IMG/VR virus record: IMGVR_UViG_3300021962_000139
Coordinates: 1-54,163 of that record
Length of the DNA: 54,163 nt
DNA from: a virus
Lineage: Duplodnaviria > Caudoviricetes
Strand: one strand, 5' to 3'
Shown here: piece by piece, positions 30,356-39,462 of the stretch
Position numbering within the stretch: the first letter of the stretch is position 1
Layout: the number at the start of each line of letters is the position of its first letter
Program-made: the position numbers and the translations under genes
The notes under the pieces: model-generated
Told to the model about the DNA's origin: nothing
Seen by the model: only the letters and a program-made list of their open reading frames with translations
The model's database searches: none

Positions 30356-31385
30356 CTATTACATAAGTCGCATACATTTGCCAAGTATTGTATTGAAGTT
30401 TAAGTGCGCCAACTCCAAACTCTACGGCATCTATTTTATCTTTATCAGAATTAAAGTATTCATCAATTTTAGGAATAACTTTATCAATTAACCAAGAAAA
30501 GCCTGATTTATTTGAATATTTATTTTCTATTTCTAATGACCACATTAATAATTTACTTTTAACTTTATCAAAGTCTTCGAAGTCTTCTATATTTTCATAC
30601 CCCTTGACTTCTCCAACTACTTGTAAACTTTTATATTGCTCATCTAACTTAGCTTTAAATATTACACAAGCATTACCATGTATCATTGGTTGTTTAATAA
30701 ATACATAAAAAGGTTTTGCAAGATCATTTTGTATATTCGTTAAACCTAAGTTAATATCATCGAACAATTTATCAAACTTGTCAAGTTTTTGTTTGTATGA
30801 ATCACTAAGTTCTATTGTTTTATCTTTCAATGAATGTAATAATAGCTGATGTAGTTCAACACCATTCATACTCATAGAATTATAATCTCGTTTAATAGAT
30901 GCTGTGTCTACATAGTCTGCTTGTATTTTTGCACCTATTGGGTTCTGTTTATTATGAATGTCTAATCCTAATATTTCTGCCGTTGTAATTGGCTTATTAC
31001 CACTAGGTAATCTAGTACTATGTAATTTAATTTTTCTAAGTATATCTTTTAAACTACTTGATCTAATAAACTTATGATCGCCTTTTTCTTTTAATCTTTT
31101 ATCTGTTGAATAATAATAGTTACCATTTCTATAAGATATGACCGCATTAATAATTCCGTTTTCAGTCAAGGCAACTGCATTAGCTTCTCCCTTATATGCC
31201 TCTTCTGCTCGTCTATCGTAAGGTTTAAAATCTAAATAGTCAGTATAACTTTCAACTAAAAATATCTTATTTAATACTTTCAAACCATAAGTATGACAAA
31301 CTTCATAGATGTATTCTAAAAACTTAGTATCCATAACTTCAATGTCATAATTTTCGTAGTACTTAAATTCCTTTTTAATTTGCAT
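30345..31385 (-). CDS. Hypothetical protein
   Basis: 346-aa ORF; AGGAGAG RBS. Confidence 0.75.
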   Translation of the reverse strand: MQIKKEFKYYENYDIEVMDTKFLEYIYEVCHTYGLKVLNKIFLVESYTDYLDFKPYDRRAEEAYKGEANAVALTENGIINAVISYRNGNYYYSTDKRLKEKGDHKFIRSSSLKDILRKIKLHSTRLPSGNKPITTAEILGLDIHNKQNPIGAKIQADYVDTASIKRDYNSMSMNGVELHQLLLHSLKDKTIELSDSYKQKLDKFDKLFDDINLGLTNIQNDLAKPFYVFIKQPMIHGNACVIFKAKLDEQYKSLQVVGEVKGYENIEDFEDFDKVKSKLLMWSLEIENKYSNKSGFSWLIDKVIPKIDEYFNSDKDKIDAVEFGVGALKLQYNTWQMYATYVIDDN

Positions 31386-31394
31386 TTCTCTCTC

Positions 31395-31586
31395 CTATCT
31401 ATTTCTCATAATGTTAGTGTTAATATAATTATCAATGTCTCTGAATATCATCTGCAAAGTATCATCTTCTATTACTTCACTACCTAATACCAAGTCCATC
31501 GTTTGAGTAACTTCTTTACCTTCTTTATCCCATATCCTCAACTCAACAGGGATTTTAATTTTAATATCATAATCAAACTCAGTCAT
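31395..31586 (-). CDS. Hypothetical protein
   Basis: AAGGAG RBS. Confidence 0.65.
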   Translation of the reverse strand: MTEFDYDIKIKIPVELRIWDKEGKEVTQTMDLVLGSEVIEDDTLQMIFRDIDNYINTNIMRNR

Positions 31587-31836
31587 AGTCTATCTCCTTA
31601 TTTCGTAATGCATCGGCTATCAAGTGAATCAAATCTTTGTTGTCTACTGAGTAGATATAATGTTCTAATAATCCCTCAATAATATGTTGCCGTTCCTTTT
31701 CACTTGGGTGTTCAAAGCATTTATACATCATTACTTTGTAAGCCATGCGATACTTGTCGGACGGTGTTGGGCAATTAGCTTCCACCTCGTTACACCAATA
31801 CTGCCATGTTTCGTCTTCAATGCTTGGCATACTCAT
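31579..31836 (-). CDS. Hypothetical protein
   Basis: Start re-assigned to the ATGA overlap (MSMPSI) with a GGGGAG RBS. Confidence 0.6.
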   Translation of the reverse strand: MSMPSIEDETWQYWCNEVEANCPTPSDKYRMAYKVMMYKCFEHPSEKERQHIIEGLLEHYIYSVDNKDLIHLIADALRNKEIDYD

Positions 31837-32069
31837 TCCATCTCTCCCCACCATTGACGCTCGTTTACCAAACATTTTGCTAGTTCATCAGTAGAGTATT
31901 TATTATATGAATCACACCCATCTAAATGTAGATTAACTATTGCTTCTAACATCTCTTCATGAGTAGCCGTATCCCATGACTGTCCTTTATAATCTAATAA
32001 CATATCTAATATCTCGTCTCGACTATATCTAGCTTTTATCTCTGCTATTTTGTATTCTCGGTTACTCAT
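31833..32069 (-). CDS. Hypothetical protein
   Basis: AAGGA RBS; ATGA coupling. Confidence 0.65.
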   Translation of the reverse strand: MSNREYKIAEIKARYSRDEILDMLLDYKGQSWDTATHEEMLEAIVNLHLDGCDSYNKYSTDELAKCLVNERQWWGEME

Positions 32070-33019
32070 ACAGTTTCCTTTCTTAAAACAACTTTTTGTA
32101 TTGGATTGCTTGGTATGTATCGTAATTCACATGGTGTAGATATTTCTTTGTACACTTCAAAAGTATCCCACACTAAATGTTTAAATGAATCTAACATATA
32201 ATTAACAGCACGCTCTACTTCTCCTTCAGGCACAGAAGATCTCCATTTCATGTAATGAAATATGGTACTGTTACTTTTTCCTCTATGAAATAATAAATCT
32301 CCTAGTGTTGCATAATCTTTTTGTTCAATTAAATCTTTAAGTATGTAACCTATCTCACTATCATTAAAGAATGTATTAGAGTATTTACTCTTTAGCCTTT
32401 CATCAATTTCTTTTTCTAATTCATCAAAACTTGAATTATTTATCTGTGATAGAATTGATTTCCAATAAGTTTTTATATACTTAAGTCCATCTTTGTGACC
32501 TGACAGTATGTCATGAGACTTTTTTCTATCAACTATCATTCTGACAATATCATATTTAGTCACAGGCTCATCAGATCTCATGTAATATTTCATTCCACGA
32601 TGCAATGGTAATGTAACTGCATATCTACCTTTTGCATCTAATACTTTTGCATATACAGATCCACCTCTTCGAACATCATGAAAGATAATTTGACCCTCGC
32701 TCCAATATCCTTGTGAGCATGAACCAAAAGAATCAGCATTTAATAAATTAAGAAAATGTCTTTCGCCTTGATAAATATCTTGCTCTTGTATCTCAACAAC
32801 ATCATCTTTATAAACACTAATTAGTTTAGTGTTGTAATAATATATATCAAACCCCAACAAGGTTTCTTGACTAAACTTTTTACCCGTTTCATAAATAGGT
32901 TTAAAGTATTTATATCCATGCCGTCTATTTAATACAGGATATTCATTATGCCTATTTCTGTATGGTTTATCGTTTTTTACTATATCAGCTAATATATCAA
33001 AATATACTTTCTCAAACAT
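32066..33019 (-). CDS. Hypothetical protein
   Basis: 317-aa ORF; AGGAG RBS. Confidence 0.75.
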   Translation of the reverse strand: MFEKVYFDILADIVKNDKPYRNRHNEYPVLNRRHGYKYFKPIYETGKKFSQETLLGFDIYYYNTKLISVYKDDVVEIQEQDIYQGERHFLNLLNADSFGSCSQGYWSEGQIIFHDVRRGGSVYAKVLDAKGRYAVTLPLHRGMKYYMRSDEPVTKYDIVRMIVDRKKSHDILSGHKDGLKYIKTYWKSILSQINNSSFDELEKEIDERLKSKYSNTFFNDSEIGYILKDLIEQKDYATLGDLLFHRGKSNSTIFHYMKWRSSVPEGEVERAVNYMLDSFKHLVWDTFEVYKEISTPCELRYIPSNPIQKVVLRKETV

Positions 33020-33020
33020 G

Positions 33021-33239
33021 CTACTCTCCTAAACATTGTAAGTTTGTTTTTACATACACAACACCATCATTTTCGCCCATTGCTTGATATGCTATGTTTT
33101 TATGACAGATATATACTGTATCTTTTTGTCTGTCTAAATAATCAAACATATCATACACTCGCATTGATAATGCCCCCATTGTAAGACCCAATACAAACCA
33201 ACACCCGACAGTGAATCGGTATATAATCTCTTTACTCAT
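33021..33239 (-). CDS. Small membrane-anchored protein
   Basis: N-terminal hydrophobic helix; GAGGAG RBS. Confidence 0.65.
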   Translation of the reverse strand: MSKEIIYRFTVGCWFVLGLTMGALSMRVYDMFDYLDRQKDTVYICHKNIAYQAMGENDGVVYVKTNLQCLGE

Positions 33240-33388
33240 GATGTAATCTCCTCTGCTTGAAACTCAGCATCATGCACTTCCCATGTTGATTGTTCTTGTG
33301 CTTTTAATATTGCCTGTTCTTCTGTTTGTGCAAACACCGTGATAGGTTTGCAATACTGTGTTATGTTTACTCTAAATATTTTACTCAT
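33236..33388 (-). CDS. Small protein (50 aa; not in the ORF track)
   Basis: MSKIFRVNITQYCKPITVFAQTEEQAILKAQEQ...; fills the gap and is coupled on both sides; GAGGAG RBS. Confidence 0.65.
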   Translation of the reverse strand: MSKIFRVNITQYCKPITVFAQTEEQAILKAQEQSTWEVHDAEFQAEEITS

Positions 33389-34560
33389 CATGCATACTCC
33401 TCTAAGTTTTGTTTAATAACCTGACACCCTGTCGGGATATAATTTTCATTTTCTGTTGTTACAAACAACGTTGGTGTTGACAAGTCCCATGTAGGTATTT
33501 CAAAGAAATAACCGTCAGTGAATACAATAACTGCCTGTGCGTTAATATTATTCTTAGCGATGTATTTCGGTATACAGGTTGGATCAGTCCCTCCACCCCC
33601 TTGTGGCTTTGCTTTACTAAATAGTCCATTGTAATCATTCTCAAATACTTGTTCACCATGAACCTCAGTGTCCCACCACAAAAGTCTAATTTTTTCAGGG
33701 TTGGCAATGTCGCAGATTGAAACCAGTTCTGTCAAAAATGCTGACAAGTATGTATCACTGATAGAACCTGACGTATCTATACCTACTACCAACTCACCTA
33801 CACGCTCATCTTCCATGCTTGGCATATAAATATCATTAGCGACAAGTCGTTTGTTATACTTTCGCCATGTATACTCATCAGTGCCACGCATTTGTGATGT
33901 AATAAAATCTCTCAAGATATCTTTCCAACTTAGCTTGGGCTCTAGCATTTGTGTAATACCTCTTGGCACTTTACCTTTCAGTCTACCTGCTAGTATAGAA
34001 CCCTCTCGTAATGCTCGATCAATCTTATCACTTAGTGCTTTCTGTTCTTGTGGTGATAGACCTTCTCCCTCATCACCATCAAAGTCATGCTCATCTAATG
34101 AACCTAAGTTAGGTTGGTTACCTTTCTCTTGTTCTTGTTTCAAGTCATTCATAACTTCTCTGACAGACCAATTATGATACTTCGCATTGTATAACCCACC
34201 TTGTGGTAAGTGACATACAGATTTATCTTCCAGACTCATGATGATGTCATTTACAACATAATCTGCTGATGCATTCACAAATTGTGGATCATCGTTAAAC
34301 TCTTTCTTAAAGCGTTGAATATGTTTCAATGCTATGTGTAAGTTCTCGTGTAGAATCAGACCTCGTAGTTCCTCATCAGATAAAGATTCCATAAACTTCC
34401 TACCATACTTTTTATTGAACCCATCTGTGCATGCCGTTGGAATATCATCTACAACTTCATTCTTACCCATCATCATGATGCCTGAGTAAAGTGCAGTCTC
34501 AGGGTGTCTCATCAAAGTGATGTGTGCTTTCTTAAGTCTTGTTTCTTGTGTGATACTCAT
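33388..34560 (-). CDS. Metallopeptidase-vWA protein (DUF2201-like)
   Basis: TACTDG; HENLH (HExxH); MIDAS DTSGS; GGGGTD; FTDG. Confidence 0.85.
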   Translation of the reverse strand: MSITQETRLKKAHITLMRHPETALYSGIMMMGKNEVVDDIPTACTDGFNKKYGRKFMESLSDEELRGLILHENLHIALKHIQRFKKEFNDDPQFVNASADYVVNDIIMSLEDKSVCHLPQGGLYNAKYHNWSVREVMNDLKQEQEKGNQPNLGSLDEHDFDGDEGEGLSPQEQKALSDKIDRALREGSILAGRLKGKVPRGITQMLEPKLSWKDILRDFITSQMRGTDEYTWRKYNKRLVANDIYMPSMEDERVGELVVGIDTSGSISDTYLSAFLTELVSICDIANPEKIRLLWWDTEVHGEQVFENDYNGLFSKAKPQGGGGTDPTCIPKYIAKNNINAQAVIVFTDGYFFEIPTWDLSTPTLFVTTENENYIPTGCQVIKQNLEEYA

Positions 34561-34593
34561 ATCTCATAATCCTTTCTGACACCGTGTCAGGTG

Positions 34594-35655
34594 TTAAAAT
34601 AAGTCGTAGTTATCGGTTGCCCATTTCGCTATGTCCGCATTGGATCTAGCAATGGCTCGGCATTGTTTACTACGCACACACATTGTAAAGAATATTGCTT
34701 GTATCTCAGACGAATTAATACGCTTAACGAATCTCATGAATTTAGATAACTCGTCTTGTGTCTTAATCTTGTCTGTCGCTTGGAACATTACCATCAACTG
34801 TGCTGAGATTTCTGTTGGTATTTTAGTAGTATCAGGATTATTGATGATGTCCTCATACTTAGGTAATTGTTTCTCTAGCGATAGAAATGCTGACATATCT
34901 GCCGATGCACTTAACCCAATAGTGCCTGACAATGCGCACATTGTGGCTACCTCTCCTAGTGTGTCTCGGTTAGAGACAATGACCGATGACTTAGCTAAAG
35001 ATCGTGGCGATACAAAACTCAACTGTGGTTTCTTTGGGTTGAATATGTATGGGTTGTCATCTTGTCCCTCATCTAAGTAACTATTCAATGATCTAGGGAA
35101 CATGTGGACCCACGCTCTAATCAATGGGTGTATGCCATTATCACCCGCCCAAGCTAACCAATCTTCAACTCGTGGCTTTTCCATTTGCAAGATACAAACT
35201 CGGTTACCCGCATGAGCCATCATCGTATCGCCTACTCCATCGCTTTGATTGTTCGATGTGCCAAACACAATAGAACCCTCAGGTAACTTTGTATCACCTA
35301 CGCATCTCTCTAGCATGAGCCTAGTAAAAATAACTTGTAGTAATTTCGGTGCTTTCATAAACTCATCAAGTAAGATAATCTTAGGCTTTGCACTATCTAG
35401 TTTGAACAATGAACCAACATAGGTTTCAAGTGTTCGTGTTTCATGGTTAGGAATAGTCATCGCTATGTCTTGCATGTCCTTAACGGGGCAATCAACATAG
35501 ATGTAATCATATTTGTCACCATGTTCTTCCTCTAACATCTTAAGTAAAGATGTCTTGCCACACCCGGGCTCTGATTGAATAATAGGTGTAAGATCTTTAC
35601 CAATAGTATAAATAAGTGTTACTAACTCTCTAATTGTTACTCTCTGTGTATGCAT
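34594..35655 (-). CDS. MoxR-like AAA+ ATPase
   Basis: EPGCGKTS, LLDE and SPRS motifs; adjacent to the vWA gene. Confidence 0.85.
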   Translation of the reverse strand: MHTQRVTIRELVTLIYTIGKDLTPIIQSEPGCGKTSLLKMLEEEHGDKYDYIYVDCPVKDMQDIAMTIPNHETRTLETYVGSLFKLDSAKPKIILLDEFMKAPKLLQVIFTRLMLERCVGDTKLPEGSIVFGTSNNQSDGVGDTMMAHAGNRVCILQMEKPRVEDWLAWAGDNGIHPLIRAWVHMFPRSLNSYLDEGQDDNPYIFNPKKPQLSFVSPRSLAKSSVIVSNRDTLGEVATMCALSGTIGLSASADMSAFLSLEKQLPKYEDIINNPDTTKIPTEISAQLMVMFQATDKIKTQDELSKFMRFVKRINSSEIQAIFFTMCVRSKQCRAIARSNADIAKWATDNYDLF

Positions 35656-35694
35656 GTTGCTCTCCTAGTTTGCATACCTGACACCATGTCAGGT

Positions 35695-36621
35695 TTAAAT
35701 TGAAAATTTAGATAGAATGTCGTCAATATCATTCTTCACTCTATCTCTTGTATAGTCTGAATCTCGTAACATATCAGTAGACACACCCTCTAATGCATCA
35801 TCTAATTGTTTCGCTACTGATCTAAGTTTCTGACTATGTTCGTTGTCTACATATCTAAAAGCCCCTATCGTGCGACACAAGTCTTTGGCTTTTTCGATGG
35901 TTGTATCATATATCTTTCGTTTCTTTGTTGTAGTCTCGCCGTCTTTGGTAGTAATCTCTTGCGTTCCACAGCAATGTGCGATACTCTCCATGACATCAAT
36001 GATTCTTTCTGTTTGTTGATGTAATACATTTTTAACTATCTCCCTTGCTTGTCTTTCATAAGTAATTTTTAAGTCAGATGCTAAGTCACTCGCTACCTGA
36101 CACCTAAAGTCCTGTTCGGGAACTTCTGATATGTACAATCTACACCCAAACTTTCTACGAACTTCAGCTACTTCAGGATAGTCCTCTCGGTTATACATAT
36201 CCCCCTGACTAAAAGCCATGTTTGATTTAATAGAATCATATTTATCACAGAACACATCTAGTAATCTATTAAACTCCCTCTCATGCTTGTCATACTCTGA
36301 TTTAAAAGTTTCTAAGCTGATGGTTGGCAGTAAGTCCTGGGCGTTGTTCCACCTGTATGTGCTACGCTTAAGCCAATTATAAATAGTCTGTCTATAATTC
36401 ACTAAGTCCTTGTGGTATGGGTTGTTAGATAATAGATTCTTAACAAACCGACCTGCATTAGGATCTGCTTTCTTTGATGTTGTTACCTCGCTTGAGATAA
36501 CTCGATCTTGTTTTGTTGCTGACCAAACATTCACATCAACTGATACCAACACTGCCGATGTTGCTAGTGATACGATATGACTTGGTTGTTGTAGCTTAAC
36601 TTCTTGTTCAAAGTTATACAT
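35695..36621 (-). CDS. Conserved helical phage protein (DUF3150-like)
   Basis: YPEVAEVRRKF motif; precedes the AAA/vWA pair. Confidence 0.55.
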   Translation of the reverse strand: MYNFEQEVKLQQPSHIVSLATSAVLVSVDVNVWSATKQDRVISSEVTTSKKADPNAGRFVKNLLSNNPYHKDLVNYRQTIYNWLKRSTYRWNNAQDLLPTISLETFKSEYDKHEREFNRLLDVFCDKYDSIKSNMAFSQGDMYNREDYPEVAEVRRKFGCRLYISEVPEQDFRCQVASDLASDLKITYERQAREIVKNVLHQQTERIIDVMESIAHCCGTQEITTKDGETTTKKRKIYDTTIEKAKDLCRTIGAFRYVDNEHSQKLRSVAKQLDDALEGVSTDMLRDSDYTRDRVKNDIDDILSKFSI

Positions 36622-36713
36622 AATGTCTCTCCATGTAAAAAGAGCCTGACACGGTGTCAGGCTCGTAAAATAAATTTAAATAAAAACTAAGGTAAATTTT
36701 CATTCTACTTATT

Positions 36714-36742
36714 ATTATACTACATCTTTACTAATATGTCAA
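36714..36742 (-). promoter_or_regulatory. Consensus sigma70 early promoter
   Basis: TTGACA-TATTAGTAAAGATGTAG (17 nt)-TATAAT on the minus strand. Confidence 0.85.
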
Positions 36743-36783
36743 TAGAGATTCTAATTTACCATACCTGTTTATTTTTCTAATAA

Positions 36784-36954
36784 TTAATCCTCTCTTTGAG
36801 CGAACTGTTCAATGTCATTTATCAACTGTCTATCTTCTATATCAAAGTTAGACCCCCTGTCATAGCTATCCCTAGCCCATGATTCTTTCTCAGACTTAAT
36901 CTTGCGTCTGTTTGCTAATATAATTTTTATATCTTCTGAATTAGTTATACTCAT
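36784..36954 (-). CDS. Hypothetical protein (56 aa; not in the ORF track)
   Basis: MSITNSEDIKIILANRRK...; ATGA overlap; GGGGGA RBS. Confidence 0.55.
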   Translation of the reverse strand: MSITNSEDIKIILANRRKIKSEKESWARDSYDRGSNFDIEDRQLINDIEQFAQRED

Positions 36955-37151
36955 TTAATTAATCCCCCTTTGTTGTTGATGCCTTTCAAGTCATCGTAGT
37001 TTGTGAATAACATATAATTGCTCTTGTGCATTGGTGCTACACAATGCTTAACTTTCTCGGCTTGTCTTTCTCCACAGTCCAAACAAACCTTGAAACCTAG
37101 TTTTGCTCTATCGCTAGAGAATTCATTACCACATAGATTACAGGTAGTCAT
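36951..37151 (-). CDS. C4 zinc-finger protein (DksA/TraR-type finger)
   Basis: MTTCNLCG...RAKLGFKVCLDCG; GAGGA RBS; ATGA overlap. Confidence 0.7.
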   Translation of the reverse strand: MTTCNLCGNEFSSDRAKLGFKVCLDCGERQAEKVKHCVAPMHKSNYMLFTNYDDLKGINNKGGLIK

Positions 37152-37351
37152 AGTCCAATCCTCACTTGATACATCGCCCATATAATAAGAACAGTCAACA
37201 CGCCCATGAGATATGCCATAGCACATGACATGATCATATCAATCTTACGTTGTTTACGATCTTGTATTTGGAACTCAGGTAACATGCGATGATACCTTAA
37301 ACTGTCTTCCCAATACCTTTGTATTGAATCTTCACTTAGTTTCTTATTCAT
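37148..37351 (-). CDS. Small membrane protein
   Basis: C-terminal transmembrane helix; AGGAG RBS. Confidence 0.65.
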   Translation of the reverse strand: MNKKLSEDSIQRYWEDSLRYHRMLPEFQIQDRKQRKIDMIMSCAMAYLMGVLTVLIIWAMYQVRIGL

Positions 37352-37392
37352 AACTATCTCCTAATATAATAATAACTGACACCCTGTCAGGT

Positions 37393-37701
37393 TTAAATAC
37401 CATTAAGCTCATTGTTGTACACATAATCTTTATTGCCCTTTGCAAAGCGAACTAATGTATATTGCCTACCTCCACGCATACGCATCGCATCGCCTGTTAC
37501 ACCTAAATATTTACCATAAACTCTAACTAAAGAGCCTTGTAAATATTTAGTCGCATTGACTATCGCATAGAATATACTGTCATCACGGCTCAACGATGTA
37601 TCACATCTTCTAAAATGTTTATACAAAGTAATGAACTGTGATGCCAAGCCAAGTTTCTTAGCGTTCGCATATTCGCTACTAAATAAATAGTGTAAATCCA
37701 A
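37393..37701 (-). CDS. Hypothetical protein
   Basis: TTG start with GAGGAG RBS; flanked by two palindromes. Confidence 0.65.
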   Translation of the reverse strand: MDLHYLFSSEYANAKKLGLASQFITLYKHFRRCDTSLSRDDSIFYAIVNATKYLQGSLVRVYGKYLGVTGDAMRMRGGRQYTLVRFAKGNKDYVYNNELNGI

Positions 37702-37783
37702 AGTTTAACTCCTCAAACCTGACACCCTGTCAGGACAAAAAAATAAAAAATTGAAAGATGTAATTCGCTTCTCTCATTATATT

Positions 37784-37812
37784 ATTATACCACAAGTTTA
37801 CTAACAAATCAA
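37784..37812 (-). promoter_or_regulatory. Sigma70 early promoter with extended -10
   Basis: TTGATT-17 nt-TATAAT with TGn; spacer shares TTAGTAAA with the 36714 promoter. Confidence 0.75.
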
Positions 37813-37949
37813 GGGCTTTTCAAATTTTGTGGGGTACTAAATATATCGTTTTTTACAAATTGGGGTATAGTGTTTCTAGTATGCGTAGCGTTGAGACTTT
37901 GTTCATGTAATGTTTTCTTAGATGATGGGTGTTGTATTCGACTGGGTTT

Positions 37950-38406
37950 TTGTTCCGTTCCAAGCTAAGTTTACTAATGGAACAAGTGAGCTTTGTGTAA
38001 ATCTTGTTCCAAATAACTTTACTAATTTAAGGTGTTTTCTCTGTAAGTGCTTGATTTTATTCATGTTCCACGAAATATGACCCTGTAACTTTACTAATGG
38101 AACGGAACAAGAGGATAGGCAATGAGCTAAGTTGTTGTTTTTATTATATATAATATTATATAGTTATAGTTAAATTAGTGTTTTGTTCCAATGTTCCAGT
38201 GGTTTTGTAGGACGATGGGGGAATGTAAAGTTAGGTTGCACTGCAAAAACAAGGCGAACGATGCCTAAAACTTTACTAACCAGCATATCCTGTTAAAAAT
38301 AGTTGGAACATTGGAACAAACCTAGTTAAGTCGTTGATATACAAAGTAAAATCTTGTTCCAGACTACGTCATCAAGTTGGAACAAAGTAAATCTCGTTGG
38401 AACAAA
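37950..38406. other. Putative replication origin (TGTTCC/GGAACA iterons, IHF-like sites, AT-rich core)
   Basis: Non-coding; inverted repeats 37950-37962/38098-38110 and 38182-38198/38304-38320; IHF consensus at 38044 and 38327; AT tract ~38135-38177. Confidence 0.6.
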
Positions 38407-38632
38407 GCCTGACAGGGTGTCAGGCATGATAATTCTTGGTGATGCCACGCTCGCTCGCTCGGAACTGGTTTCAGAATAGTTGAAATACGGTTATAATATT
38501 TGTGTCAGCTATGATAATCATAGTAGAAACTAAACCTGACAGGGTGTCAGGTCGTCCTCGCAACGTGAGGCGCTCGCACGCGCGCGGGGGGAACTGGTTT
38601 CAAAAGGGGAAGCATACTAGAAAATTCAGGGC

Positions 38633-38670
38633 AAAAAAAAGCCCCACACGGCTTTTGACCATGTGGGGCT
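38633..38670 (-). terminator. Rho-independent terminator
   Basis: AGCCCCACATGG-TCAAAAG-CCGTGTGGGGCT followed by a T run on the minus strand, just after the 38680 stop. Confidence 0.9.
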
Positions 38671-38679
38671 AGGGATAGC

Positions 38680-39462
38680 TTACTTCAATGATGCGATTGC
38701 TTTAGTTAGAATCTCATCACACTTACTGACAGCGTCAGACCAGATTTTCTGTTGCTTAGCGGAGGGTAACTTCTCAACTAAGTTTTTCTGAGATTTGACC
38801 CAATTAAGAGATTTGGTTTCAATCTCATCAACAGGATCAACTTCCTCATTGATCAAGCCGTAAGTACTTGCAAGGTACTTAACGATGCGGCCCTTGATTC
38901 GGCTAACATTTTGATCAATGGTATTTTTACAAGTAGTCCTTGTATCATTCGCAAGTTTCTTAAATGATATACCATAAGAACCCATTGGATTGGATGTAGT
39001 ACCATCCTTTTTTATGGCATAGCTTAGAGCCTGCCAATTTTGGGTAAGGATATAACTCATTCCAAACGATTTAATATCATCAGGATTAAAATCAATTCCT
39101 TGCTTATGGGCGGATACTTCCGCAACATCTGGATCAACATATTCAGATCCGTTGTCGTACATCCTGACAACTTTATCCTTGTATGCTTCACCAGCTAAAA
39201 CGCCCTCAGTTACTCCGCTTGTGATAGCTTCGGTAACTTCATCAGGGGCATTTTGCCATGCGTCCGCAACTTCATCCCGATATTCTTCCATCGTTTTTCC
39301 CTCGGGTGATCTAGCCTTGATTAGCTTAGAGCTAATGAATTGCTCGATCACTTTCGCGATTGCTTCCGCTTTTGCGATTGCTTCGGTTGATGAAATAACG
39401 AACCCTTTACTATCTGATTTAAGCGTTGATAGCACCGCTTGATTTAGCGTTGTATTTTCCAT
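38680..39462 (-). CDS. Hypothetical protein, stand-alone early gene
   Basis: 260 aa; AGGAG RBS; own terminator. Confidence 0.8.
   Translation of the reverse strand: MENTTLNQAVLSTLKSDSKGFVISSTEAIAKAEAIAKVIEQFISSKLIKARSPEGKTMEEYRDEVADAWQNAPDEVTEAITSGVTEGVLAGEAYKDKVVRMYDNGSEYVDPDVAEVSAHKQGIDFNPDDIKSFGMSYILTQNWQALSYAIKKDGTTSNPMGSYGISFKKLANDTRTTCKNTIDQNVSRIKGRIVKYLASTYGLINEEVDPVDEIETKSLNWVKSQKNLVEKLPSAKQQKIWSDAVSKCDEILTKAIASLK

Noticed and set aside
17569-39442. Plus-strand ORFs opposite early genes (e.g. 26635-27045, 33851-34177, 34631-35080, 39152-39442)
   Set aside because: Antisense shadows of well-supported genes
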